NCBI GenBank assembly: GCA_904063045.1
Contig: CAJFCJ010000021.1
Coordinates: 248,001 to 312,000, forward strand
Reading direction: 5' to 3'
DNA: 64,000 nt
Origin: Dimorphilus gyrociliatus
Lineage: Eukaryota; Animalia; Annelida
Under the pieces are notes generated by a model. That model worked only from the letters and a program-made list of their open reading frames with translations. It did not search any database and was not told the origin of the DNA. How positions within the stretch are numbered: position 1 is the stretch's first letter; every line of letters begins with the position of its first letter. Shown here in pieces: positions 12,801 through 28,100 of this stretch. The position numbers and the translations under genes were made by a program.

Positions 12801-15800
12801 CAAATTACTATCAATCCATATGCTACATAAATATATAAATATATTATATGTCACATACTATATATAAATTTTATATACAATATTAGTGAATTGACAGATT
12901 CATTTCGTAATAGAGCATATAAATCACCTGTAATTCCGTCAAAACCATCGGTTTATATCATTTTTACTCTATAGATTCATAGAAAGATAGGTTCATTAAT
13001 ATTTTTTGAAATATCTTTCTTTTCCTATTATATCTATAGAAATTCTATGTTTTTGTATTCAGCCTCCTATTCTTGTTCTACACGTCACTGTTGTTGAGGC
13101 TAAGAATTTAGAAGCAAAGGATCCTGATGGCTTCAGCGACCCCTACTGTATGATAGGAATAGTGCCGGAGTCAAGTCAAAGTCAACCTTCAACACCTAAT
13201 AAATTGAACGTCCATCACACAACAAGCTTCCCGAACGATATAGAAGAAACTCCAAAAAGTCCTAGTAGAACAGGCTCCGCTCTCAAAAAATTTTCGCAAA
13301 GTTTCAAAAGGAAAAAACAAACGCAGACGGCTCGTGACCTCATACCAGCTAGGTTCATTAAGTGCACAATGGTCGTTAATAACTCTTTAAACCCTATCTG
13401 GAATGAGAAATTTCGATTGTAAGTATATTATATAATTATATACGAAAAGAATATTCTACTTAAACTTTCATATGAACTTAATATGTATTACTTGTAATAA
13501 TAGCAGACGCTATTCTGCAAATTCATTGTAGATATCGTATATGCGCTATATAACTTTTTATACCTTGCTTCCTTATTATATTTATAGTTTGGAAACAGAC
13601 TTAAATAGAGTTGTATTTTTCGATAGTTTTGTGACGATAAATCAATTTTTTATCTATTGAATATGGATATTTATTATTCTATATTTTAACTTGGTTCTTC
13701 CCAGTAAAGCAAAGTTTGTCTTAAACACTCTTTGTTTACTAAGACTTAACTGATAAAGCTTAAATAGAATCCTATCATTAAAAAAAATGATATTAAAGAA
13801 AAACAGAACATTAGTAGTTCTTTCTTAAGAGAATTCACCTGTGTTTTTCTTCCTAGACTTTCTAATTTCACTTTATCTCTCTGGCTATGTCTCTCTCTCT
13901 CTTCCTCTTCTTACCCTCTTTTATAAGAGAGTTTTTCATCCGAAAATTTAATGTCAGTTTCTATGCTGTCATTTAGAAAAGCAATTGAAAACTGATTATG
14001 GAAAGGTCACACAAATGAGACATAAGTTGAAATGATTTATTATTCTCTTTATATGCGATAAGAATTGTCAGTAAAAAGTTATGAGAAGAAGTATAAATGG
14101 AATCAAACTAATCAACGATAACAGCCAAGGAACTATAGAACCTCTTTATATAGCTAATCGTATGCACGTACTACTCCAATATTAAAAAACTATGATAACA
14201 ATATATACGCGAATAAAACTACCATAAAACAATCAAGATAGAGAAAAAGAGCTACAAATAACCTAGAGAGAAATGAACTAATTTTTGGACTATAAGAAAA
14301 TTTAACAAAGTCAATTTACAATTATTTAATACTTAGCTTTAAATGTTTTTCTCTTTAAGAATAATATTTAATAGGAAAGGTAATAAAAAGTCAAAAGAAG
14401 TGTAAGGCAGGGATAAAAATGAGAGACGGGATGCGAATTGCGAAGGAATAACGGGAAAAAATGAAGTAGATGCAGAAAACTAAAGAGATTGTAGGGGAAG
14501 GAGGTAATGTATAAAAATGGAAAGAAAAGAAGTTGAAGAAAAAAAACAGAAAAGAAAAATGAGAGTAAAAAGGAAAAGAAATCTCTTATTGGTATTAGAG
14601 AAATATGTAATGGCACGTATAAACATAAAGAAATGCACGAACTCGAACGTTACTGTAATTAGTGAAAATGTCATTGAGTTCGTTTCTCAAAATTTTTTTT
14701 TTGCTCGATTTTTTTTTCCAATATTTTATCTTTATCCTTGTCCTACTTTTTCATCTGCCTTATATTTAAATTTATATTTATATTATATAATAACTTTGTC
14801 CTTGTTTGAAAAATTTCGTTCTTTAACAAAAAGACAACAGCGAGTTAAACTTTTCTTACTTTAACTGGAAAGGGTTATATTTATAATTAAAGACAAAAAT
14901 GGATGGGTTTAAACTTAATGGAATAAAAATAAACTATAAATGGGGAAGAAAATCAGAAATTAGGAAAGGTAGCAGAAAGAAAAGTAAAAAAGTAACGAGA
15001 GAGAGAGAGAGGGAAGCAGAGAGACAGAGAGAGAGAGAGAGAGAGACTAAGTAAGATTTTGAAGAAAATCTTTACAGATGAGTCTCTTCCTCTAAAATAA
15101 TCGATAGAAAGCCATATTATTTTACATTTTTTGTTTACCTTCATTTACTAGATGTATACACATAAAATATGCACCTACTACATACGCAGTATACATGTAC
15201 TGTATATATATATATATACTGTATATATATATATATATTTATATATATACATATGTATATAATGTATACTTTATACTGCAGGTGCGTGTGTATATATATA
15301 TTGCGTGTGAGTGAACGTGTATCTACTACTTATGTGAACTTTTAACAACACCTTACATATTTGTACATGTAACTTTCAAGTACAATAAGATATTTTTCCC
15401 CTCATTTATCTAGTCCAAAATTTTCATCTCTCATTGGCTAATATTAGTATTTTTTTATTAAATTTAAAAAAATTGACTAAATGTTGAAGGTAATCATTAT
15501 TTAAATTATAAGGTAATTTCTTTTATTGGCGGAAATAAAAAAAGAGTGACAAAAGGTTATTAGAAGGAGGGAAAAAATTACTAATGAATAGAAAGAGTAT
15601 AGATGGATAGATTGAAAAAAAAGATAGAAAGAAAAAAAGAGAGGAATAAGTGATTGTAGTGTATTGTACACCTTGGCAACGCTAAACAATAGGACATCGT
15701 TGCGATATTGTTTAGATAGGTCGATGAATAATTTGTATATTTTTAATAGGTCAATAGCTAATGAAGCGTTTACGTTCTCAAAAAATCAATTAAAAACCGA

Positions 15801-18800
15801 AATGTTTTCATCCAATTACCCATAAACTAATGAAGAATTTAGAAATATTCATACTTTAATCATAACTCTATAAGTGTGATGATATTCTAATGATAATCAT
15901 AAGAAAATTGCAAATATATCTATTATGCAATCGATTACAATGACTAATTAATATAAATATTCTCAAAGTTTTTTTAACAAGAGAATATTCTATGGAAAGA
16001 AAGATTTGAAAAAATGAAATTAAAAGACAACACCTGGTTTAATTAATCAGTTAAAATTAATACGAAAAGTAAAGGAATTCTTAATTTTTCGCTAATAAAT
16101 TATTCAAAATGATTATAAAAAAATGTTGTTTACGCTTTTATTAATTTCTATTTCATATACTTGTTACCTTAACAGTGATGTTTGTGATATTGAACACGAT
16201 AAGCTTCATTTGGATATATGGGATCATGATGACGATGCTTCCGTATTAGATGCCGCTAAGAAGTTGAACGAGGTGATAAAATTGTTTTTTAAGATATTTA
16301 CTTGTTATTTATAATCCTCCCAGTCAATACAATGCGTTGAGATTTAATGAAAAGATATATCTTTAAAACAAAAACAATAATAATAGGGCAGTAATTATTT
16401 ATCATAAACCTCCCGGCGAGATTAATTTTTAATCATTATTAAGGATCGATAAGCTATAACCTCTTAAATTGGTTTAGTATATCATATAATTTATATCTAC
16501 AAATATTCATAATTTAATATTAGCATCCATTTTTATATTTTAGTATGATTAGAGACAATGTAAACCTTAATTATGATTAATTAAAATATTAAAACAAATC
16601 TACTTTATATCGATTCCATTGTTATCTATGAATTTATGAATATTAATAAACTATATAAAATAATACTACATCTCAATCTACCTTCTCTTAATATCTCCAT
16701 TTGTCCTTATTCCAGCGATGTATAGTTTTTATATGACTAATATAGCACTCTATAAAAATAACGAATGGAATCAAAAATGCGTTGTTATATACATTTGTGT
16801 ATGTACTTTATATATATATATGTTACCTTTAAGACAAGAAAATTTTACGATATTAGCATCTTCTACCTATTTCTTTTTTGTTCTCTTTAAGGTTTCTGGT
16901 TTAAAAGGTCTTGGAAGATATTTTAAACAAGTTGCCCAGTCGGCGAGAACTAGTTCTTCTGGAAATGTTGACGATTTTCTCGGTTCGGTTAACATTCGAT
17001 TAAGCGTAAGATCTTTAATACAAATAATAAAAAAAGTTTTAATATTTGATAGTCTTTTTTATACATATATACTTTAATTGTCGGCTGTAGGAACTACCAT
17101 CTAAGGAGATTGATCAATGGTACGAACTAGAAGGTCGCAGCTCTAGGTCAAATGTAGAAGGTTACATTCGACTTAGACTAAGCTTAGCTACAAGAGAAGA
17201 TAAAGGAGTTTCTGAAGAAGATAATCAAACTGACGTTAGACAGCACGAGGATCTTCTCTGTGTTTTCATTGAACATGAACTAGAGGAAGAACAAACAAGA
17301 TACGGCACAAAAACTAACTGGAAAGGCACTTTAACGACAACTGCAGAAAATATTCTCCATCAACACGCTGTTCAAGGAGATATTAGTGATGCTCAACAAA
17401 CAATTTGCAGGTATATTTAAAATACTAAATTGATAATTAAGATTCGCTACAGAAAAGAGATAAGGAAAGTACAACAAAAGTGAATAATTAATAAAATTCC
17501 CCATTCTTACTCTTGATACGTTTACAATCGTCACATTACAATATTTACAGTACACTCTTATATAGATACACAGCATATACTTAAACAATGGAAACAAACT
17601 AGATAAACATTTAGTCAGTAAAATAGGACAAACGCCGAACCTTTGTTGAGGTCTGGTGAATGAAGAAACTAAATTTCTACTACGAAAAAAAAGTATAGAA
17701 TTAATTAAGAGAAATTGTTAAAATTAGTGGAAAATTTTCAATCATGACAAGTAATCGAATGGTAAATTGATAATTTCCTCCAGATTTCTACTTATCCTAC
17801 TTTTATATATGAAAAGAAATACTAATTTCAGAGGATACGTATAAAATATTAACTATACTAAAATATATAAATACTATGTACATGATAGACTATAACAGAG
17901 AGTTTAAAAAGTACAAAATAAGAAGTAACTAATACGTATGTATTAATTAAGGATTACTAGTTTGTATGTCTCATTAGTTTCGTCCAACATGCTAATTAGA
18001 CAAAGAGCAAGAGAAAAGTGATAGTTATAAAGATGATTATCTAAATTTAAAAGTAAAAAGTATATATTGAATAGAAGATATATGGTATTATCATATAAAC
18101 GCTGTATATTTAATTGGTTATTCTACATTATAATTAAATGATTGATATTTATCTCATCACAATAAAGATAATGGGTTTAAAATATACTCAAATTCTAATA
18201 AGTTAACATTGTATTGATGCATTCATTAACATCTGAGAAGACAAACTCTTACTATTTTTATAATCTCTGTAATTCTAGTCTCCTTTTAAGGTAAAAAATA
18301 TACATAGATAATTTATTTATAAACCCCAAGCAATAAATGAATTTTATTACTCAATGAATAAGTTTACTTATCTTATCGATCAAGAGTCTTCCCTTTCTTG
18401 TTTATGGGAACATATGCACATTTAGTTAAAAACGATTTTAAAGTGATCTAGAAAAAAACGCCTTGGGCGTCATTAAATCACGAACTTATAGAATTTATAG
18501 CTCCTAATTTCTGAGGGAAAATGAAAGAGTATTAAGTAAAATAAATGTATAAGCTTTCTCTCGTTGTCTCATATATAATATCGATTTTCACCAGATGGCT
18601 AGCTTATTCGAAGAAGTTTATGCTTCATTCATTTGATTGGGAAGTTCTTTTTGGAATTTTGGACCTAGTTGATAAACAAGTACCACCGAATACATTATCA
18701 AGAATAGAAGAACAATCAATAGGCGAATCTTTTGATAACTTTCTGGAATGGTGTATGCAGTTAGCCCACGAGCAAAGGATAGTTTTTCCCTCTAATAGCA

Positions 18801-21800
18801 GGATAGCTAGAGATCGATTGGAGTTAATGTTGCAGTGTATGAACAGGCTGACAATCATGCCAATTTTTAAAAGGTGCTGTCCGTTTCGAAGAGATTTAAA
18901 GTCTCAATTAACAGCAACACTTAAGGTTAGTTCAGGTGTAAATTTTTCCTTTATAAGTTTATTAGCCCAACACTTTCATCTATTACCCTTTAATCCCGAT
19001 CTCGGCTTCTCTCTGAACAACTCTCTATCTTTCTCTCTACCTTCTCCTTATTAAAACTAAATAAGCACTTCAAAATAATCAGTTTACTTTAAGTATTGAT
19101 GTATATCTCTAATGGTAACATACCCTAAGGGGAAGTCAAAGCTCAAAGAATTTTTCCTCTATTAATCGACATTTTTCTTATGGAAAAGTTGTTTATGTCT
19201 ATCTTCATTTATATATGTTACTCGCGCGTGTTACATTTTGCACCTAATGGTCGTTACATTCATCTTAAATGTCAGATTAAAATGGGTATTATAGGATTCA
19301 AGCACGTCAAAAATAGATATCGCATACATTTTTAAATATCCCCTTGATTTTAAAGTAATATAGTTAGTAGTAATTAGAAAAGAAGAAACGCTTTTTGTAA
19401 CGCTTTTTTTCTAAAAATATTTTAAGTTGCGTCTGTTTTAGATATTTTTTTGCAAACTTAAGCAAAACTCAATTTCGTTTGTTCTTTTAGTGAAATTCTA
19501 ATATATTCTCGAGATATTGAATATGATAAAAATTAATGAATCTTGAGATCAAACAAATGGAAATATAATATAATTTTTATATAACAATCTCTTAATTATG
19601 CTAACAGAATACCTTTTAAATAATATAAGGTGTAGAAAAATGAAATTCCCTGAAAAGTTAATTAAACAAAGGAAACCTCTTAAGCAAACATAGTGCAAAT
19701 TTAGTTCTGTGAAGGGTGACGCCCAGTCTAATTTGATCGCACTAGAAATTTTATTCCCAAATAACTTTCCTTTTTTCCTTTTTTCTTAATCTTATGAGAA
19801 TACTGTAAATTGAAATTAGAATGCTAAACTGAATCTTTCATCCCGAATACAGAGATCAGCCGCCGATCAGTATGAAAAGTTTGCAGAGAAAGCAAGACGT
19901 TTGGAGGCAAAGACCTGCATTGATGATGCTATATTACTGGCTCTCACCGAACTTACTCACGCCGTCACTGCAGATTTGAGGGCTTCTCTCCTGCATTACG
20001 AACCAATTTACGCGGGGAGTATTAACGTCCACTACGTTCCTTCTATTTACCGCCATGCTGATAAGACTGTAAGACGGCTTTATTTTTTTTTTCATTCATT
20101 ATTTTATTTATTTTAATTGCCGTTTTTTCTCTGCAGCTGGCCGAAGATGTCAGGAAATTGGCGGTTTTTATTAAAGTCTTGGATGAAGAGGCCACAATTG
20201 AACCTACAACAAGAGTTTTCGAATTCTACCTGGCACTGCGAGACTTTATCGGGTTGAATGATGAATTGGGAGAGAAAATTGAAGATGACGGCTGCGTAAG
20301 ATCTTTGCAAACACTATTTAGGGGAGCTACTCAAAAGTGGCTCGAGATGGCTAGAGAAAGGTTAATGAGACGTATAACAAAAGCAGTTGAAGTGGAACGC
20401 ACAAAACAGGAGGATGGCATCACGCTAGCGTCATCGGCTCTTGATGTTTCTTCTTGTATAACTCAAATAATCGAATTTTGGCAACAGCTTGATTGGCCAG
20501 ATAAATCAGCCATTTCCCAGCTTCTCACCAAATTGACCGATGATGTGTGTCAAAGCACAGTCTATTATTCAGATGTTGTGCATGATAACCTCAAACGACA
20601 AGGTTTCTTTGAAGGACGCTGCGGTGAAGAAGCGTGTGTAGTTACTCTGAATAACTTGGAACACGTACGGCGTTGTATCAGACCCCTCTCACATGACCTG
20701 AAGTTTGCAGAGGTTGCAAAAGCAGTCGACGGTGAACATGGTGACAGGGCCGGTCGCCAAACGAGAGCAAGATTAAATCAAATAGTACGCACCGCTGAAG
20801 AAGATATTGCAAAACGTCTTACGCAAATTGTCGATACAATTGCAGATAGAACTAGAGTGGAAATGAACAATCATATCTTTCATTTATGTTGGGCACCTAG
20901 CTCCGTTAAGGCATCGGATGCTATAAGCCCGTTGATGAACTTTCTAGACTCGTATCTTTTAAACATGAATCAGAGTCTGTATAGAACAAACCTGGATAGG
21001 GTTTTAACGGCCGTTTGGAATACACTTCTGGATTTGCTCAGGGAGGCTTCAAAAAGTGATGATGTTAGAGAAACAGTCTACTTTGAGCGTCTCAGAGACG
21101 CCCTGCAGATTCTCTCTGATTTTTTCCACGTAGAAGGAAGAGGATTACCAATAGACGTTGTTGAAAGTGAATCCTATAAGAGTCTACTAGCTCAAGTTGA
21201 TCTTTCTGCATCCACAACTTACCAAATAATTGAACGCTACTTTAAGGACAAAATGGAGGAGCAAGCTGCTTCGAAAAGTCTGCAGAGTTTTGGAACTTTA
21301 ACTACCCGCGTTTATTATAACGCCGATGCTCGTATAATTCAAGTAGAAGTTTTAAACGCTTCTAATATAATTGCTTTAGATTCAAATGGATTATCCGATC
21401 CATTCGTCGAAATTCAATTAGAACCTCAGCACTTATTTCCTCAGCAACCAGTTCACAAAACAAAAATTATTAGGAATAGTCTGCATCCAGTGTTCGAGGA
21501 GAGTTTTGAATTTGATAACGTTTCACTAGATCAATGCCGCCATCAAGCAGCATCTGTTCATTTTACGGTTATGGATCACGATTTTATGATGGCTAATGAT
21601 TTCGCGGGTGAATTATTTGTTAGATTAGCTGAAGTTCCAGGGGCTAAATTGGGCGATCACGTCCCTGGTGTTTCTTCACTAAATCCTCATACATCACCCC
21701 TTACTCAACCTCGTAAAGAGAGTAAATCTGCTATAGCCTTATCTACTCTTAACGATAGATCAAGCTGGGATAAACAAGCAGCGGCATTCGTAAAAAGACA

Positions 21801-21828
21801 TAAACACTCTGCTACTTGGCTTTTATAA
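7368..21828 (+). CDS. BAIAP3: BAI1-associated protein 3 / Munc13-4 (unc-13D) family C2-MUN-C2 vesicle priming protein, ~1187 aa from ATG 7368; probable 21-aa N-terminal extension via exon 7231-7282
   Basis: Manually spliced exons 7368-7483, 8767-9088, 13063-13418, 16176-16272, 16892-17005, 17091-17410, 18595-18925, 19853-20068, 20137-21828. All introns are GT-AG with matching phases (3564 nt total). Motifs: N-terminal [14 protein letters not shown]2A ([11 protein letters not shown]...WDHDDD), MHD region, C2B ([11 protein letters not shown]...[11 protein letters not shown]). BAIAP3 versus UNC13D orthology needs a tree. Confidence 0.9.
7789..7815. repeat. (TA)n microsatellite in BAIAP3 intron
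   Basis: About 13 TA units. Confidence 0.95.
9858..9888. repeat. (TA)n microsatellite in BAIAP3 intron
   Basis: About 15 TA units. Confidence 0.95.
12659..12691. repeat. (TAAT)n tetranucleotide microsatellite (self-complementary TTAA units)
   Basis: About 8 units of TAAT. Confidence 0.92.
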
Positions 21829-23637
21829 AACTCTTCTATTTTCTTCCTCTAAGAAAAGACGTTGTTTCTCAACATTTAGATTTTTCTCCACAAGTAACCT
21901 TTTGGAAATTTTCAAGAAAATCCCCTCACAACATCACAACATGATAGTTGTTTCTTTGTTTCCCCTTTTTTAATTTGTTTTTTTTCTTTTTTTTTACAAT
22001 CTCAAACAGAATAATGCTTGCTCTTGTTCCAGGAGGAAACGCTTTTACTGTAGCGTCTCTAATTTAGAAAAGAAAACAGTCTTGGCTGACAATTTTGACT
22101 GTATCATTCACTTTCTCCTTTACTTAGTACAAAAACTTTTTTATTTAATAGACATAGCGTTTACTTCATTTATTACCATTAAAAATAATACTAGTAACAC
22201 TAACAATAATAATAACAATATCAACATATTAATATAAGACTAATAGTAGAAATTAATGGGATAAAAAGACTTGTATATCTTCTCTATACTATCCATTTCT
22301 CTCTCTCCGCCTATTTAAAACTCTTTAAGTCGGTTTTTACCTCTTAATTTCACTGTTTCCTGCTTTTTTCTCCGCTTTTTCCTTCTTTCCCTTTCGTTTT
22401 CCCACTACTATCATAAACTATGACGTGAAGATAGAAAAGTGAAAAAAATCTATATTTAATACCATACACTGAAAAACTTTTAGTTTGGGAACAATTATAT
22501 AAATGGACGCTACCGTATTTGCCATACGGTATTAATATTCAGCGATCTGATTACTCTAAGGAGCCATGCTGAATTTTCTGTATTTTTTCTTTCTATTTGT
22601 TTTATCGCTTTATTCTTTGCCCAACTCGAAAACTTTCTTTGCATATCATTCATTTCACCACTTCATTAATTAAATCGAAATAGCCTGATAAAGACTTCTA
22701 TTTAAAGGATTTCTTTAGTCCTTTATCGTTAAAACTCTCTTAATACGTTTGACTATGTTAAAGCAACAGGAAATTGGACAGGTCTAACCTCCAACTCTCT
22801 ATAATTATCACCCATTCCCACTCCTTCTCATCTCCTAATGCTATCTGTTTACCTATATATTTTTAATATCGTTAAATAGGATGATTCTACCTCTCTGTTT
22901 AAATTAGTATGCGTTTAAGGCAAATAACATCATAAAGAGAAATGCAAAGTATCAACTAAAATCTCGTGTTTATTCTTTAAACAAAGAAAAGATGAAAAGT
23001 GTTGTTAGTGCTCATCAGACTTTGTTAAAAAGAAGTAGACTTCCAGATTCGGTTACTTTAGAACAATCTTTCCCTATAAACGTGTGCATTTATAGCCCAA
23101 ACATTGTTTAATGCTCCAAATGCTAGTCACGAATTTTATAATTTTCTGCTAGAGCTTTATGACGTCACAGGTTAAATACTAGTAAAACGATGTAAGGAGT
23201 AAATATTAAGGTGACAAAACTTCTTTCTCTTGTATAATTAGACAGGTGTAAAGAATTATATAACGACAACGGTCAGTTTTATTCTCAACTCTTAGATATT
23301 ACCGCTCTACTGCTTTTACTGTTTTATCCAAACGAATATTCTCAATCATACGGAACAGGTTAATCGCTTCGCTAAATATTGTGGCTGTGATATAAAGATA
23401 CATAAGTAACTTTGACCATATATTCATAAAAGCGTAACTTGTTAAAGCCTACTTATCGGATAGATGATCAGATCCAAATAAATGAATATACTCTACACAA
23501 TAGTATTTTTACTATGCTTTCATTTATAAACACACACGTATGGAACGTGTATTGTTTTTTTGTAGATACAGATTATTTGACGTAGACTAGAGATTGTTGA
23601 TTAAAACCTGATAATAAGTTGCCGGTGCAAACCTGTC

Positions 23638-23662
23638 CTCTCTCCCTCTCTCTCTCTCTCTG

Positions 23663-23694
<32 letters not shown>
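23638..23694. repeat. Imperfect (TC)n microsatellite
   Basis: About 57-nt TC run with a few interruptions. Confidence 0.9.
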
Positions 23695-25135
23695 AACATA
23701 ATAGACAGAATAAAAAGAGGAAAGAAGAGAGGTGTTATAATAGTTTTATATACTAAGAAATGTTGTGGGTTAGTTGTACACGCTATAATTACTATAAAAT
23801 ACTCGAATAAATAAACAATCCATCACTCTTTGTACCATCGGTTCCCTTTATGAATAATCCTTATTTTCTCGTATTAACAATTAATTCAAGAATAGTTTTC
23901 AACTACTATAACGTCCTTTACTCTTAGTTAGGTAATGTAATATCGTCACAATAGATGGCGCATAGTAGTGATACTTTTTTCGTGAAGCTAACGCAATTAC
24001 GACATCTATCTAGTATAAAACAAGTCGAATATATAGTATTAACAATAAAAATCAACAGGAAACCTTTTAATCGCCAATAAAAAGCTGAATTTTTCTATTC
24101 TCCTATCTTAATTTCTCTTATCTGCAACTACTTTTTAATTAAAGATTAACGATTTTAAAAGTTATGATATATGATATTAAATATAATCCATAAATCTAAA
24201 TTATTCTCATACTAGTTAATACTTATTCATGATATTCACTTTTTGTTTCTTTATTAGCTTAACGAATAAAATATACAATAAATTTTCCCTATAAAGTTTA
24301 TATTAATTACAATCCTATGAATATTTATATAAATTGCATTGAATTTCAAATTTCGATTTTTTTTTATCTCTCCTCGGCTTTTAACTTGAATTACTAACAA
24401 AAATTACAACAATAATAAATATAAAAGAAGAGTATTGAAACCTTTAAAGGTAACAATTTAATTGAATAACTAAACAATACCCTTTTGTATGTAGGCGAAG
24501 GTCAAAGTCATATGCAGTATATGGATAAATCTAAAATCTAACTTTCATCTAAGTATCTATCTAAACTAATAGAAAATAAATAACTGTAAAGGTTTTATTG
24601 GTATTGATTGTTTATTTCTTTAAATTTACATATATATATATATATATTCATACAAAACTGGAAGAGAAATATGAAATATATCAATATAAAGAGATATAAC
24701 GACAGAAGCAGAGAGATAGAGAGAAAGATTAGATAGACAAAAAGATATTTATAAAAGAACTAACTTTGAAAAAAGTTTCTATTTTCTTAGTCTGATTTTT
24801 TTTGTTTTCATTAATTGTAAAAAAATGAAAGGCTTTTAAAAACTTTTACTAAGTTTCGAAGAGTTCTTTTATTTGTTAATTTACCAATTAAATACTAAAT
24901 TTTTTATCTAAAGTAACTTGTAAAAATATGTACATTGTATTAATAAATAAAGGGAATTCAAAGAAGTATATATATATCAATATGAAAACTAACTTAGCTA
25001 TTAATCAAATTTGTTTTATAATTTCTTTTAATTAACCTAAATGTTTGATTGGTTAATTATTATTTATAAACTCCTTTGTTAGCTATTTTTGTTAACTTCT
25101 ACGTTGCATATAATGATTAGAGTTTTCAATTGATA

Positions 25136-28100
25136 TTACGACATCCTACAGGAAGATGTTCTTCTTGACAGCTGATTCGATGTTGAATTACTGCACTTCT
25201 TTCGGACTCGTTCTAAAATGTATAATAGGAAATGTAACAACAATTTCTTTTGTTGTGTAATCAATTTAATTATTTGATGTTTTCTTTTAATTTTACCTGC
25301 CAAAGTTCTCCTACCAATAGCGCAGAGCGCCTCAAATAAAACTTTAAGAGCATTTTCTGACCTTGGAATCCCATAGAGCCATATTAATAAAAGTCTATAA
25401 GAATGTTCTTTATAACTATCATTTCCTGTATATTGATGTTCAATAGATTTAACGTGTTCGTCGCTAAATCTCCAATAATGAGCAAGACTTTTCCAGTCAG
25501 CTGCCTTCAGATGGCGCTGAGAGAGAGTGAACAAAATTTCTACTAACTTATCTTCATATTCAATTTTAGACAATGAATTCTCTTCACCATTGTCTTCTTT
25601 TAACAAACCACATTCCTCCCCGTAGAAACACCTGTGATTATCTTCTGTGCAAGTAGCATTAAGCATACGTAAAGCCCGTTGCCTATCAGCTTTTATTAGC
25701 ATGTCAACAGCATTGACGTTTCCCGCTCTTGCAGCTACTTGTAAACAAGTTTTGCCAGTTTTCTCCTTAAAGTGCATTTCAGCTCCGTTTGTTAGTAAAA
25801 TTTCAACAACAGCTAAACAATCTTCCTCCGCCGCAATGTGTAAAGCAGTCTGCTCTCTCTACAAGAGAAGAAGAAGCTAATTAGCAACATTTAGATATAA
25901 GATCAAGGAGCAGGTAATAGGACTGGGTGTAAAGGAACGGTGTAAGAATAAATACATAAAAGAGGGAATATAAATCAAAGGTACGCTTTATTTAATATTC
26001 TATATTTTACTTATTTCTTGGACAGTACTACTTTGAAAATGAAAAAATCATATTGAAACGTAAACTTTCTTTCTCCTTATAAAAGGTGAAAAATAATGCT
26101 TTACTAAACCCATTTTTTTCAAAAGTTACTTTAAGTGTTAAGCAAAGAATAGCATAAAGAAAACACATAATAAACGAAAAATATTTAATTAGTTTTCAAT
26201 ATCACGTGACTAATATAATGTAAAATTCTTTAACAGAAAGAATTCGCTTCTTTAGGACCCGAAATTTCTTATACTGTCCAATCTGCATTAAGGCCTTTAG
26301 AGTTTATATTGGCGTTAGGAATACTTTATTAGAAAAAGGAAATGAGTTCGTTGTCCAGTTAGTTTGAATACTCTGGAGAATTTCCCTTTTCCTATTCATT
26401 CTATTGTAGGCTTGGACTATCTAAAGATTGCCTTAATTTAGTTTCTTTCTCATTTCTCATATTTAATTTATCAAATATGAAGTTTATATAATAGTTATGA
26501 ATATGGTATATTGATTTATATACTTATACGTCAAATTGTTTTATTTTTATCCCTTTCTTTACGCCTATTTCTATAAATAAATCAAATTGGGAAAATCTAT
26601 TAACTAGGTTAAAAGATCCCTTTCAATGGTGAAAATTCAATTGATAAAACATCCTCCATTTATAAATACGTATTGAAAAAAAAATACGCCATACAGTATT
26701 AGATATATATTCAGTATATATTGTTGTATATAGAAACTACTAAGTGAATGGAAAATATTCAACAATTTCTTTCGTTTTTTTATACGGTATATACTTACCG
26801 CGTTTTGAAGATTAAGGTCGCAATGGGCGTCTAATAAACACTTGGTGGCATCTAATTTATTACTAGAAACTGCACAATGTAAAGGTGTGTTCAGTTTCTA
26901 ATTAGTGAGAACAAAAAAAAAAGGACTATTAAATTTAAAGGAAAACATCATTAAAAGAAAGATATATTTTGTTTTTGTTTATCGGTATAGAAATTGAAAA
27001 CAAACCAGATTTTGAGCGTTGATATCGGCACCATTTTCTATCAATATTTGCATCGTTTCAATATGACCTTGACAAGAAGCTATGTGAAGAGGTGTCTCCT
27101 TTTTCTAAATCGAAGAAATGTTATAATAAAGTACACGGCAAATATTTAAAATTTTAGATAGGAAATAGCTCATTTTTCCTTTTTATAATACATAAAAATA
27201 AGGGTATTTACTATATTTTGAGCATTTATGTCGGCCAGAGATTTCGTCAAAAGCTGACAAACTTCCGAATGATTTTGGAAAGCTCCCAAATGGATAGGCC
27301 GATCAAACTCATTATCACCTTTATTAACGTCGTTACCGTTTAGCACCAATTTCTCAATAACGTCTAATCTACCAGCGTCCGCGGCATAGTGTAATGCTGT
27401 TCTTCCTTGTTTGTCAACTAATGAATCATCGATTTTAGCTTTTAACAAAATTTCAACAACATTAGAAAAGCCAGCTTCAGAGGCAAGATGTAGAGAAGTT
27501 TTTCCCTTTTTCTCCACAGAATTGATATTTATTTCGGTTATTTTATCAAGAATATATTCCACAACAAGCGAATGACCATTCTGAGCAGCACAATGCAGAA
27601 TATTAAATTCTTGCTGTTGTTGGTAGAGTTGAATCAATGGAAGAGGATAAATAAAAAAATAAACCAATTACTCAGTCATTAATTATATTCTTTTAGAACA
27701 AATAACTTATTTTCTTTTTGTCTCTATTTGATGTTCTAAAAGGCAATCAGTCAAAAATTGTTTTTGACTGAATTACTATGAATGTTTTACTCCCATTTGA
27801 CACAAACAAAAGCGGGAAAACAACAAAACATTCCTAAAACTGAATATAAGAAATATAAAAAAAACACTATAATTGTTTTATTCAATCGATATCCCCCATG
27901 TTTAAAAACGGAAATGCATTAATTAATTATTTACTCAATTATTAAATAACGCCGACTACTTGAATATTCTACTCTTTCTTTTGAATATACATACCTTATT
28001 TATAACTATAGGTGACGCACCAAAATTGACTAAGATTTTTAGAACGTCTAGATGACCAAACCAGGCTGCCCACGAAATTGGACGCATACCATACTTATCT

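Noticed and set aside
4267-15689. Many 60-115-aa ORFs rich in F/L/S/I/Y or K/R (for example 4267, 6938, 6979, 10157, 14368, 14517, 14953, 15501)
   Set aside because: They are translations of microsatellites and poly-pyrimidine or poly-purine tracts, with no splice or homology support.
22511-22531. Perfect 8-bp hairpin TACCGTAT-ttgcc-ATACGGTA downstream of BAIAP3 (also an 11-bp hairpin at 27747-27771 and an 8-bp one at 9328-9355)
   Set aside because: Too short for a pre-miRNA or SECIS, the loop is not an IRE, and a few such stems are expected in 64 kb.
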